The notes under the pieces: model-generated
The model's input: the letters and a program-made list of their open reading frames with translations, nothing else
Told to the model about the DNA's origin: nothing
Databases searched by the model: none
NCBI RefSeq assembly: GCF_009834535.1
Contig: NC_045696.1
Coordinates: 73,162,001-73,226,000 of the forward strand
Direction: 5' to 3'
Length of the DNA: 64,000 bases
Origin: Camelus ferus
Lineage: Eukaryota
In this document: in pieces, positions 12,302 through 23,300 of the stretch
Position numbering within the stretch: the first letter of the stretch is position 1
Layout of the letters: each line of letters opens with the position of its first letter
Position numbers and translations under genes: made by a program

Positions 12302-12550
12302 GTCCTCTCTTAACAACTTTTTCCTATAGCTACCAACTTACTTCTCTGCTGCTCTTTGCTTTTCAAGAAAAAGTTCTTGAAAGAATTTCTGTACTTAATT
12401 GTCTCCAGTTCATTTTTTCTCATTTTCTATTGGACATGGCATCACTTTGAACAAGCTTCCAGTTTCACCATTCTGCCCAAATCACTCTTTGTCAGTCTCA
12501 CAAATGAACTCCACATTGCTAAAGCCAATGGTTGGGTCTCAGTCCTTTCC
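12302..12550 (+). mobile_element. L2 LINE fragment
   Basis: ttcttgaaagaatttctgtac...cacaaatgaactccacattgctaaagccaatgg is a typical L2a segment. Confidence 0.75.
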
Positions 12551-12566
12551 TTCCTCTTCCTCTTTC

Positions 12567-12690
12567 TGTAATGAAAAACAATCTGGAAAAGAATATATAT
12601 CTATATCTATATATCTGAATCACTTTGCTATAAACTAATACAACATTGTAAATCAACTGTACTTCAATTAAAAAAAATAAAATAAAAATA
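12567..12690 (+). mobile_element. Short L1 3' end
   Basis: ctgaatcactttgcta...acattgtaaatcaactgtacttcaattaaaaaaa, the same terminus as 12240-12300. Confidence 0.85.
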
Positions 12691-12804
12691 TCAGATTGGA
12701 TAAACAATGTCCCCTAGTCCCCTACTCCATTTTCTACTCTTTTACTTTAAGAAGCTCTATACTTCTACATGCTTAATGTCACACCTATGTAACCATGCTC
12801 AGTC

Positions 12805-12824
12805 TGTGTGTGTGTGTGTGTGTG
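12805..12824. repeat. (TG)n microsatellite
   Basis: Direct reading. Confidence 0.9.
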
Positions 12825-12879
12825 CGCACGCCTGCATTTTTTTCCCAAGAAAAGTGATTGAAAGTCCAAGTTCCAGAAT

Positions 12880-13075
12880 TATACGTAGGTTTGAGTAACA
12901 CTCTGCCACTTACTAACTCTATAACTCCAAGATTAAACTCCTGATTACTTAGTTTCCTCATGTATAAAAGGGATAATAAGAGTAGCTGCCTCTTTCAGGT
13001 ATTAGGGGAAATAAATGAGATAATATATCTGAAACACAGCCCGACATAAAATAAACTCTAAATTTCAATTGGTTA
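12880..13075 (+). mobile_element. MIR SINE
   Basis: ctctgccacttactaactct...cttagtttcctcatgtataaaaggg...aaatgagataatata. Confidence 0.8.
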
Positions 13076-13264
13076 TTGCTGTTGCCATTGTTTTGTTATT
13101 CTTTACTTTCTCCTACCTAGGAGCCAACTCAAAAAACTTCCTCCCTCCTTCAGGTGGTCATAGCAAAGATGGAATTTGGATTAGATCTTGGATAACAGAG
13201 CACATGCACCACCACAGGAGAAACAGCAAGTGGAGAAAAAAACAGTTCCTGCCACACGCATGTA

Positions 13265-13415
13265 GGGCTTTAGGCACTTAATCCTTTTTAATCTGACTTC
13301 ATTACCTGTAAAATGAGATTAATAAAAACAAAATTTGGCTTGGTCTTTATCAGGAAACAAAAAAAGCATCTAGGAAAGCTCCTAACCTAGTGCCTGGCAC
13401 TTAGAAGAAGTGGTA
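13265..13415 (+). mobile_element. MIR SINE fragment
   Basis: acctgtaaaatgagattaataa...tagtgcctggcacttag. Confidence 0.6.
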
Positions 13416-14471
13416 GTTTACTGCTCTGTCAGCAGGACCGTCTGCTTCTCTTTCCTTCCCCTTCCTTCCTGTGCTTAAACCTGAGCTGATGCCCCTTAGG
13501 CTGCACTCACGTTTCATGTCCATACAAAGCTGCCAGGGACTCGCTGTAGCTGAATTGCTTCCCCCTTATCAGGGTGGACACCTCTACTGAAAACAAACTC
13601 TTGGTAGAATGAAAAAGACACTGGCAACATCATCATTGTTTTTTGAAGCATCCATTTAAAAGGTCCTGTAGACTTCCTGAAAAAACCATCTTTTTACTCA
13701 TCTTGTTTTCATTATTTTCCCCCTCAAGCAAGCACATTAGACAATTAAAACAACTTGGATTCAAGCTTTTCAATGTTTTGATTAAGATTTGTATGTGCAG
13801 TAGTCAGTGGTATGTAATTTTGGAAGCATGATGCCAATTTTAATTAATTTTCATAGGTTTGTTAATTAAAACAATTAAGAGGTGGGCCTTAACCACAGGA
13901 AAAACAATTGGAGGATCTCCTGAACATTATCCATGAGGTTTCACACAAGCACCAAATGGTGTAAATTTGTTTTTAAAATGGCTAGAAACTCAAAAGAAGT
14001 AATTATAACATCAAACCAAGGTTGTGTCTGCATTTATCTTTGTAAAAAATTATAGGAGATTAAATTTTTCTTGAGCTCCTGAAAGCTGCTTCAGCCTGCC
14101 TCTTTGTTCATGGTAGTAATAATAATTAGGAATAACATGAGACTATTTTTTTCAATAACACAATGATACGGAAACTTTAAACTTCGGAGGTAAATGTCGA
14201 CAAGACAAAGTACTGAGAGATGAGAAAATAAGGGAACAAACACTGAGAAAGCCTGAGGGAATGGAAGAAGTAGCTCATGTAAATTAATAATTCTACTGCC
14301 AACAGGATGCAGTCCCTGAAATAAATGGGTTTCCAACTTTTTTTTGAAGTCACAGACTTTTAGAGTCAAAACATTTCCTAGCAGCTTAATACAGAACATA
14401 ATTCTTGACAGGAGTAGAATATGATTGGAGTGAATATGAGAAGAAAAATGAACAAGATACAGGAATACTCA

Positions 14472-14660
14472 AGCAGCTTAGCATGGTGGGTAAATGCAAG
14501 AACTCTGGGATCACACTGTCTAGGTTTCAATCCTTGCTCCCCTTCTAAAATAGGGGTAATAAGAGCGTATCCCAAAGGGTTGTTGTAGGGTTTAAATGAG
14601 TTAATATATATAAATCACTTAGAACAATGTTCTATCCAAAGTAAAGATTAGTTATGTCTA
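14472..14660 (+). mobile_element. MIR SINE with internal deletion
   Basis: gcatggtgggtaaatgcaagaactctgg...ggtttcaatcc...gggttgttgtagggtttaaatgagttaatata. Confidence 0.75.
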
Positions 14661-14849
14661 TAATTATCCTCACTCACATTTAAAATATGAAAAAATTAGC
14701 AAATTCCCCAGGACACTCCAAAGCACTCTCCATTGTTGTAGTTTACCCAAGTACTGTTATACAACCTTGTGGAGGCCTAGAGTTTTGGGGAACAATGATT
14801 TAAGACCTCAGTATATTTATCAGGAGCCTTAAAAATGTTGATACCCTTT

Positions 14850-15027
14850 AAAAATTTGTAGAAGTATAGTCAGTTTACAGTGTGTCAATTTCTAGTGTAC
14901 AGCATAATGTTTTAGTCATACATATATATACATATATTCATTTTCATATTCTTTTTCATTATGGGTTACTACAAGATACTGCATGTAGTTCCCTGTGCTA
15001 TACAGAAGAAACCTGTTCTATATCTAA
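14850..15027 (-). mobile_element. Short young L1 3' end with 19-bp TSD
   Basis: Antisense match to the L1 tail at 60000-60165. TSD aaaaatgttgatacccttt (14831-14849) / aaaaatattgatacccttt (15028-15046). Confidence 0.9.
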
Positions 15028-15430
15028 AAAAATATTGATACCCTTTGATTCTATAATTTCACCTTAAGAAACCTAACCTAATAGAAGGATAAAAATACAA
15101 ACACTTATAAACAAAGATACTCCCTAGAGCATTATTTATGAAAAAAATTTGAAAAGCTAAATGTCAAAAAACAGAGGAACAAGTAAGGAACTGTTTAAAT
15201 AGATGATGGTGTATTTATAAGGTAGAATGTATATAAGCATTAAAAATGTTGGCCTCTGGCTATCTTTCATAATGAATGTTAATTATATGTGAAATGCTGA
15301 TGATATGGTGGTAAATGAACTCAGCAAAATATGTAACTATTTATAGTCTGATCTTGATTCTTTAAAAATATGTCTAAAACATATCTTTGAAAATGTACTA
15401 ATAAATTAACATTATTTCAGAGGGTGAAAA

Positions 15431-15640
15431 CCAAGGTTAGCAAAATTTTTCTGTGAAGTGCCAGCTAGTGTAAACAGTTGAGGTTTTGCAGGCCATGGAG
15501 TTTCTGTCACAACTACTAGACTCTGCTGTTGTGGTGTGGAAAGCAAGCATAGATAATAGTAAACAAATAGGGGTCACTGTATTCCAATAAAACTTGATTT
15601 ACAAAAAACAAGCCTGCTGGCCATAATTTGCTGACCTCTG
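15431..15640. mobile_element. MER58A hAT-Charlie MITE
   Basis: TIRs ccaaggttagcaaa / tttgctgacctctg and internal tctgtcacaactact...ttccaataaaactt. Confidence 0.85.
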
Positions 15641-15856
15641 GGTTAGATTTACAGATGCATTTCTTTCTTTCTTTTTTTTAAAAATATTTTTCTTTTCTCA
15701 GTTTTCTATAGCAATAAAAGCATAAATTACTTCTGTAATCTAAAAGTTAAAACAATACATGTTATAAAAGCAAAATACCCTTTGCTATAAAGAATAAGAC
15801 ATACCATAGGTAGTTAGAAAATGGCTGTAATAGACTTCTATGATTTAAAAATTCGT

Positions 15857-16035
15857 ATCAGGTCATGTCTGAAGTGACATGCTTAAAAATAAAAGCCCCC
15901 AGTGATTGCATATTACACTTAGAGTGAAGTTCAAGATATCTTACCTCGCCTGGCAGGCCCAGAAGACCTGACCTCTGGCTTTATCTCCAAATTCATTTTC
16001 TACCGCTCCTTGACCACTCGCTCCAGCAGTGCTCG
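15857..16035 (+). mobile_element. L2 fragment
   Basis: tcaggtcatgtc...cacttagagtgaagttcaa...cactcgctccagc. Confidence 0.6.
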
Positions 16036-16399
16036 CATTGGCATGGGGCACTGGCATTGAGTATTTAATGGAGACTTGCATAAACAGGCCACTAGCTTCC
16101 TCAGCTTCTCTCAAGAAGTCTCTGCCTCCAAATCCAAGAGCCCTGGAGATGACTTAAAATTTTTATTCAATCCTCCAAATTCTTTTTAAAAAGTCTAGGT
16201 ATCAGTATTGTGTACTTTATATAAAATACTCTAGTATTTTATTCAGTTTTCTGTGTTTTATATCCAGCCTGCACAAGTTCAGGGAACCAACACAAACACC
16301 ATATAGCCTCAGATTTTAATACTGAACTTAGGAAAGCTAAATTTTGGTAAAGACCAATAGATAATTTATTTTCCTTCCCCCATTCCTTTTGTAAATCTT

Positions 16400-16930
16400 C
16401 TTCCACACTCTTGGGCATATTGATACACAATGTATTTATTCATTTAGCTACCAAACTTTTTTTATTCTTGCGAAGAAGGTAAAAAAGGAATATCTGGTTT
16501 TAATTTATGTTTCTCGTATATGAGAAGTTTAAGCACATCTTTATATATTTAAAAGCCATTTATGTTTCCTAGCCTGGGGTCTATATTCATCACCTTTGTT
16601 TTTCTATTATCCTTTAGTCACTTTTTTCTATGCTGTAGGGACTTCTAATATGTTATGGAAGTTAGTTTTTGTCTGTCATATGTGCTGCAAATAACTTTTC
16701 TATTTTGTCTTTTGACTTTATTTATTTTTTACTCATTTATTTTGCACTGCAGAGATTTAAAAAAATTTTAATGGTCAAATTGATAGGTCTTTGGTGAAGT
16801 ATTCTGAAATTTATGTCATGCTTTGAAAGACCTTCCCTACTCCAAGACTGTAAAACAAAATTAATTTTTCCCCCTTAGTTCTTTGCTCTGTCTGGGATTT
16901 ATTTTATAGTAAGGAGTGATAGAGGGAAAG
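16400..16930 (-). mobile_element. Ancient L1M fragment
   Basis: Antisense L1 ORF2 3' signatures (atatctggttttaatttatgtttct; tgtgctgcaaata; aagaccttccctactccaag). Confidence 0.65.
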
Positions 16931-17107
16931 GTGCATACCACATTCCTCTACTAATTTAGTCAGGCAAGACTCTTTGTAGAATGATACACCCTGGTTTCTT
17001 TAAGCCATCAGGTACCTACCACTCAAAATATTATGAAGCCATCTAACAAAATAACTCCTATATCAAACAATGTTAACATGTGGCAAAACATTTTCAGTCA
17101 TTTAGAT

Positions 17108-17332
17108 CAGTATTTTCTGAACTTCATTCAGATACTACTGCTGTAATTTTTGACAGTGCCACATTAACTCTCATAATAGTTTTCTTAATTTGAATTATGT
17201 AATTTTATTGAAAAATGGCACTTTACATCATAATTTAATATTCTAATTAAATTTCTGAAAGCATATTAAAATAACTATTAAAATTTTACCTCTATACCAC
17301 TAATACCTCACTTACCACTTTGGAAAACAGTG
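17108..17332. mobile_element. hAT-type MITE remnant
   Basis: TIR-like ends cagtattttctgaa / ttggaaaacagtg flanked by TAG-containing target-like sequence. Confidence 0.4.
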
Positions 17333-17450
17333 ATCTAGTTAAAGCCAAATATACAGAAGCTTGGAGCTCTCTAAAACAAAATATAGAATGACCAACAGAA
17401 ATTTTCAGTTTTTATACTTGAAGTGTAACTGGTTTGGTAAAGACTGTTCA

Positions 17451-17451
17451 T

Positions 17452-17478
<27 letters not shown>
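17451..17478. repeat. (CA)n microsatellite
   Basis: Direct reading. Confidence 0.9.
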
Positions 17479-17483
<5 letters not shown>

Positions 17484-18170
17484 TTCACTAAAACAAAAGT
17501 AAACAGAAAAGCTCATTCTGCTGCTATGCATGAAACATTCTCTACAGCTCTAAAGAAACACATTCCACTGTTGAAGGTGAGTTTTGCTGTTTGCAGATTA
17601 AAACACCTGCCACTGTATCAAAAATAACTGAAATTGGATGGCCCAAGAGGAACTGTAAGGAATATTTCATTTTGCCTGGACTTTTGTAGTGGATAGCTTC
17701 AACATTAATTCCAGGTAGTACAGGCTTTTTTTTACGAATAATAATAATCATCCTACTTGAGTCTAATTAGAGCCCTAGATACACAGAATAAAGTGCCTAG
17801 GGAAGATAAGTTCTTTTGACTATATATTTACATTGTATATTATTTTTCATTTCTAGAAGTGGATGATGATTTTACAACTCATTTAGACAACAAGATTTAA
17901 ATAATAGTGAGATAATCGGAGGCAGTGTACTGTATAGACTCCTGGAGAATAAGGCAGCTGAAGAAGTGTAAGAGAAGATGTTAGTTTTCAGTCAAAGTAT
18001 ACGTACAGCCACTAAGTGGAAAAGAAACCCTACTGGGTTGTCCTACGATAACTAAAAATGGTCTTTGTTTAAGTGGCAACTAACAATGTAAAATCTCAGA
18101 TATCTTAATAGTGCGTATTCAGGACATCATACTGTTTTGTGTTACTGCCTCATCAATAATGAAAACAAAT

Positions 18171-18350
18171 ATAGCTAGTGTTTAGTAAGTGATGCTGTGT
18201 ACCAGGTGTTTAGAAACACCATTGCATTTAATCATGATATTAGTGCTTCCATATTAGAGATGAGAAAGTGGAGTCTTTGGGAAGTAAAGTAATCTTACCC
18301 AAGTCACACAGTTAGAAAGCAGAAGAGTTGTGACTAAAACTCAGGCCCTT
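18171..18350 (-). mobile_element. MIR SINE
   Basis: agatgagaaagtggag...gaagtaaagtaatcttacccaagtcacacagttag. Confidence 0.75.
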
Positions 18351-19112
18351 AAAAGAGCAAACGTTTTCCATGAAAGCATGATGCTCTCCCAGTCGGTCCA
18401 GCTCCTTCCACCTCCTGAGACTAACCCCTCTTCTGTCTTGGAAGGTAAACCCAGGCAGAATAAAGCACCTGGACCTCACATGCAGCTTCTCTCCTGGCAG
18501 GAGAGAGAAGAGCAGATCAAGGAGTCGAGTCTGGCTTTCACTTAAGAAGGATGATGAAACTAATATCTCAAAATAAAAAGTTTTAGACTTTTGTAATAAG
18601 TAATCTGTCATTCAGGCCACAAGTATTTATTCAGTGTCCGTGGGGGTGCATAGTTCTGTGTTAGCTTCCTGCATCCCTTCATCCATCCCCTGATTTAGTT
18701 CAAATAATTCATGCAGTTTGGGCTGAAAAGAAACAAACAACATTTGAGGATTCCGTTTCATAAATCCCCCTGCAGGGCATTGACTGGCAGCTCACTGCAT
18801 CTCTTATAGCACATTTCATATCCCTGGGGTGTACAAAACACTTGCACTAATGTAAAATATGAGACTATCAAATGGAATGTTTATGGAGATTTTCCTACAG
18901 CTGCAACTTAGGAACTCATTCTCTGTAGAAATGTTGCCAGGATTCCCCAAAATTAAACAGAACCATCCTCTGACTAGAGTCAGCAAGTAATAAATTTTTT
19001 TTGCATTTCCCATAAGGTCATGATGTCATATTCTATAGGTGATTCTCATAATTTGGGGGAACATGCTGTCAGGTACTATAAAAGAATAGTCAGTCAAAAG
19101 CAGTTAACTCAA

Positions 19113-19838
19113 CAAGGATGTGGAGAAAAGAGAACCTTTGTGCACTGCTGATGGGAATATAAATTGGTACAGCCACCGTGGAAAACGATATGGAGTTTTT
19201 TCAAAAATTAAAAACATGACCCAGAAATTCCACTTTCGAATAGCTGAATAAAACAAAAGCACTAACTTGAAAAGATATATGCACCCGTGTTCACTGCAGC
19301 ATTATTTACAATAGCCAAAATATGGAAACAGCCTGTGTCCATCAATAATTGAATGGACAAAGATGTGATACACACACACACAAAGGAATATTATCAGCCA
19401 TAAAAAGAATGAAATCTTGCCATTTGTGACAACATGGATGGATTTTGAGGGCATTATGCTAAGTGAAATAAATCAGACAGAGAACAACAATTACTGTATG
19501 ATTTCACTTGTACATGAAATCTTAAAAACAAAACAAAGGAACAAACAAAACAAACAGACTCATACAAACTGGAGGTTGCCAGAGGAGACGGGTTTGAGGG
19601 GTATAAAACACATGAAGGAGATTAACAGATACAAAATTCCAGTTATAAAATAAATGAGTCATGGGGATGGAATGTACAGCATAGAGAATATAGTCTGTAA
19701 TATTGTAATAACTTTGTATAGTGACAGATGGTTACTAGACTTACTGTGGTGGTCATTTCAAATGTAGATAAATACAGAATCACTATGATGCACACCTGAA
19801 ACTAGTATGATACTATATGTCAATTATACGTCAAGTTA
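19113..19838 (+). mobile_element. 5'-truncated LINE-1
   Basis: ORF2 end (FVTTWMDFEGIMLSEINQ) plus 3'UTR. TSD aaaagcagttaactcaa (19096-19112) / aaaagtagttgctcaa (19839-19854). Confidence 0.93.
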
Positions 19839-19864
19839 AAAAGTAGTTGCTCAAGATAAACAAT

Positions 19865-20115
19865 ATTGTATAGTATACAGAGAATAGTCTTGAGAGACAA
19901 ATAAACCTAGGTTCTAGACTCTGATCCACCACTTCTTAACTGACTAATCATAGCAAATAAAGAAGTCTCTGAGAAACAAGTGTCCACATTTGTAAAATAG
20001 GAATCATGTCTATCTCAGGGGACAGTTAACAGGGATTCAATGAAATAATGACCACATGTAAAGTACACTGCAAACTTTCTGGCACTTAGAAGGTATTCAT
20101 CAAATGTTAGTTCCT
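19865..20115 (+). mobile_element. MIR SINE
   Basis: acctaggttctagactctgatcc...cacatttgtaaaataggaat...ctggcacttag. Confidence 0.7.
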
Positions 20116-20524
20116 TTTCCCTTTTGCATCCCAAATAGTTCAGATACACTGATTATTTACCCCAAATAAAAGTGGCAGGGGAAAATATAATCTTACAAAG
20201 AGATCAAGGTGATCAGATATTTCTTATAGCAAGGTACTTTGCATCATATGTACATTTGATACAGGGTTGAACTTTGACTGCAGAGCACAATACATTAGGA
20301 TGTCATATAATCTAGTCTGCAGAAAAATAAAGTACATTTCAAAAGTAGCTCCATTTTATAATTTTTATGAGTATTATCGCCAAAGTGACTTTTGGTCATA
20401 TACTGATTCTCACTTCAGTATATTTATAATTTATTTTTCATATTCACAGAGGTACCCCAAGTGTTTTGTGAATTTATTTTTTAAAAGCTACCTTAAAATA
20501 ATATGTATAACAATCATGGAATAA

Positions 20525-20750
20525 TAGTAATGGAACAGTAATTATAAGTACTAACATGTTCGCTAAAATACAGCACTTGCCACATGCCAAGTATCTGATG
20601 CGTGCATTTTAACTGCTTTACCTCATGTAATACACCAAACAACCCAAAGAGAAAGGTATCATCTTCTTCTTCCTCCTCCTCCTCCTCCTCCTCCTCCTCA
20701 TCCTGTTTTACAGAGGCACAGAGTGGTTAAGAGCTTAAGATCTAGAGTTA
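20525..20750 (-). mobile_element. MIR SINE containing a (CCT)n run at ~20664-20700
   Basis: ctgttttacagaggcacagagtggttaag with upstream MIR 3' antisense sequence. Confidence 0.6.
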
Positions 20751-21989
20751 TTATGTGGAGTATAAAATACATAGGGGGAGGGGAAAAAAAGATAAAGTAT
20801 CTGTTGCTTTTTATAAAATTTTAGCCTTTTGAAATTCAAAGATAAAATGTGAAGCTACTTGGTGTTTTTGTTGGTTTCTTGAACTATTTGGGCTATTGCC
20901 CTGTCCAGAATCTTCTACCTATAATAGTCTGGATTTGTTTCCTTTGCCAAGGCTGTAATTTTCTGTAATAAATATCTGGATGAAAACTATAGAAAATGGG
21001 ATCAAATACCATTTTTTTGTATATGATACAAGTATATTTTAAGAGAAGTACTCCAAGGACTGAACAGCTTTTTAAAAAGTTATTTCCAAGACCCTTGGAT
21101 TTTCAGGCAGAGTCTTTACATGAGAAGTTAGTGGTACCACTATTAGGTCCTATGTGGATCTGGGGATGTGGGCTATAAAGGCAAATAAGATGTAATCCTG
21201 CCTGAAATGAATGGGGTACTTATATTGGCAGTATCAGCTATCTGATTTCCTGAAATATTCTGCTGGATAATATGGTTATATCTGTACTATTTGGAAAATG
21301 ACCTGTTCATAGTTTCCACGTATTCCTGAACAGCAACTGCCAGTCAGTGTCAAATCTGGCTTGAACACACTATAATTTCAATTAAGTGGTACACCATTTA
21401 AATATGCACATAAATAAATTGCATAGAAAAATTATGGAAGGAGAACAGAATGATCTAACAATAATGCTTGTCAAACTTATGGTAAACACCTATAATGACA
21501 AATTTCCCTGACATTCTTCTCTCTAGTGAAAATACATACAGTAATATTTCTATTACAAATGCTTTTAACAGTAAACTTTGATGTCAGAAGCCTGGTTGTG
21601 AGAAGGAGGAGGAGGAATAGAGAGAGCTTTTGGGGGATTCCTGTCTCACCACACTTTAATGGGACATTGAACTCGTGTTAAGTGTATTTTGCTGTGAATT
21701 TTGGCCTTCTGGGCTACCTGGGAGATTCTATCCACTCTTAAGCGGATCTTAAGAGGCCTAAGGGCAAGGGGTATTTTTGCCAGTCTTAGGCCACTTAAAT
21801 CCAGAGAGTAAGGTATTTCAGTGAGACTTCTGTCCCAGTTTGCCTTGGACAAGTTCATATATAAGATGGTGCCCTTCTCTTCTACCACAGTGGTTGCTAT
21901 GAACCCAGATCTGAAGACATGAGATCTGGTCCAATCTCCCTCCCACAGAAGTCTCCCCAAGTCCAAGTCAGGTGTGTCACTATGGACAT

Positions 21990-22300
21990 ATGACAGTCTC
22001 TTTGTGCCTCACTTTCCTTATCTGTAAGTTTAGGATGATAATAGAACGTATCTTACAAGGTGGTTGTAAGGATTAGTATTACCTGCCATTAGATGATTAT
22101 ATGGTAGAACAGACCTGCGTTCAAGTGCTCTTCTTGTTATATACTACCCCTGTGACCTCGGGCAGAATATCCAATCTCTCTGAGCCACAGTTTCTGTACA
22201 CTGCAAATGGGAAACAGTCACTGACCTTTCAGGGTGGATGTGATGATGAAAAATAATGTATGAAAATTACCTAGACCACACTAAGTATTCGTTTTAATTT
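21990..22300 (+). mobile_element. Two adjacent MIR fragments
   Basis: tgtgcctcactttccttatctgtaa (22003-22026), and agacctgcgttcaag...ctgtgacctcgggcag...tctctgagccacagtttc (22110-22195). Confidence 0.75.
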
Positions 22301-23144
22301 AGTTATTTTAAATTAAGCCCTCATTTGTGTGTCTACTGTGTTTGAGTTCCTGTGATATTTGCTATAAGGAACATGTGGATTTACAGTGTGGCTGGTGAGT
22401 ATCTTGAATTATGAAGAAGGAAGTTATCACACCACTGTATTAGCCATTGTTTTGTCATATTTCTATCTTGTGGAACTAAGAGCTGTCACAAATACATAAT
22501 ACCTGAAGTGATTTGAGGATAAAGTGCTTAATTGTCTCTAAGCGTTTATTAGTTTCACCAGTTATCAAATGGCTTATTCTGACACTGAGCGCATACGTTA
22601 CATATAGACATAAAAATTATTTTCTTCCAAATCACTTTGTGTTTGACTGATATGTAAACTATACTTTGAACTTTTCCACTAGTAGGTACAGTACCTGTAA
22701 ATCACATAGAGGTTGGCTATTTGTATTCATGTTTTTTAAAATATGAAGTCGCTATTTTATACGTACAGAACAGAAAAAATATATTGTAGCAAATGTAATA
22801 ATATAATACATATAAATATAATTATATAATATGTAATAAAATATATAAGAAATATAAAAATAATAAAACAAGAACTCATGTACCCTCCACTCTACTTAAG
22901 TAGAAGTGTCCTTTTCTAATTCCTCTTTATTTAGAAAAGGTTAACTACTTTACTGAGTTTTGTGTTTCCTATTCTTTTTCTTTTTATCCAGTGTTGTTAC
23001 ATTTGTATGTCTATACACACCTCACCAAACTGCAGATTATTTGATGAAAAAGAAGATGTTTTATATATCTCTGTATTCATCTGCCACTCCAAGAATATGC
23101 CAAAGATAACCAAAAGAACAGATCCTTTATACATCTTAATACAT

Positions 23145-23300
23145 GTCAGCTTAAGAAAGTCAGCCTGAGACTCAGTTTCTCATCTGTAAAATGGGAATAA
23201 ACAGTCTACTTTGTGAGGAATATTTTAAGCATTTACTGAATTCATGTTTTCAAAATATTCCTCATAGTGCCTGTTAACTGTAGCTGTTCTTCAAATGTCA
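23145..23300 (+). mobile_element. MIR SINE
   Basis: ctcagtttctcatctgtaaaatgggaataa core. Confidence 0.8.

Larger units (their letters stand above)
14740..15780 (+). mobile_element. Ancient L1M 3' region, interrupted by a young L1 tail and MER58A
   Basis: aaaaatgttgataccctttgattctataatttcac...agcattattta...aaatgtc resembles old L1 3' sequence. Confidence 0.5.

Noticed and set aside
22790..22870. AT-rich repeat array
   Set aside because: Low-complexity TA sequence with no regular unit or spacers.
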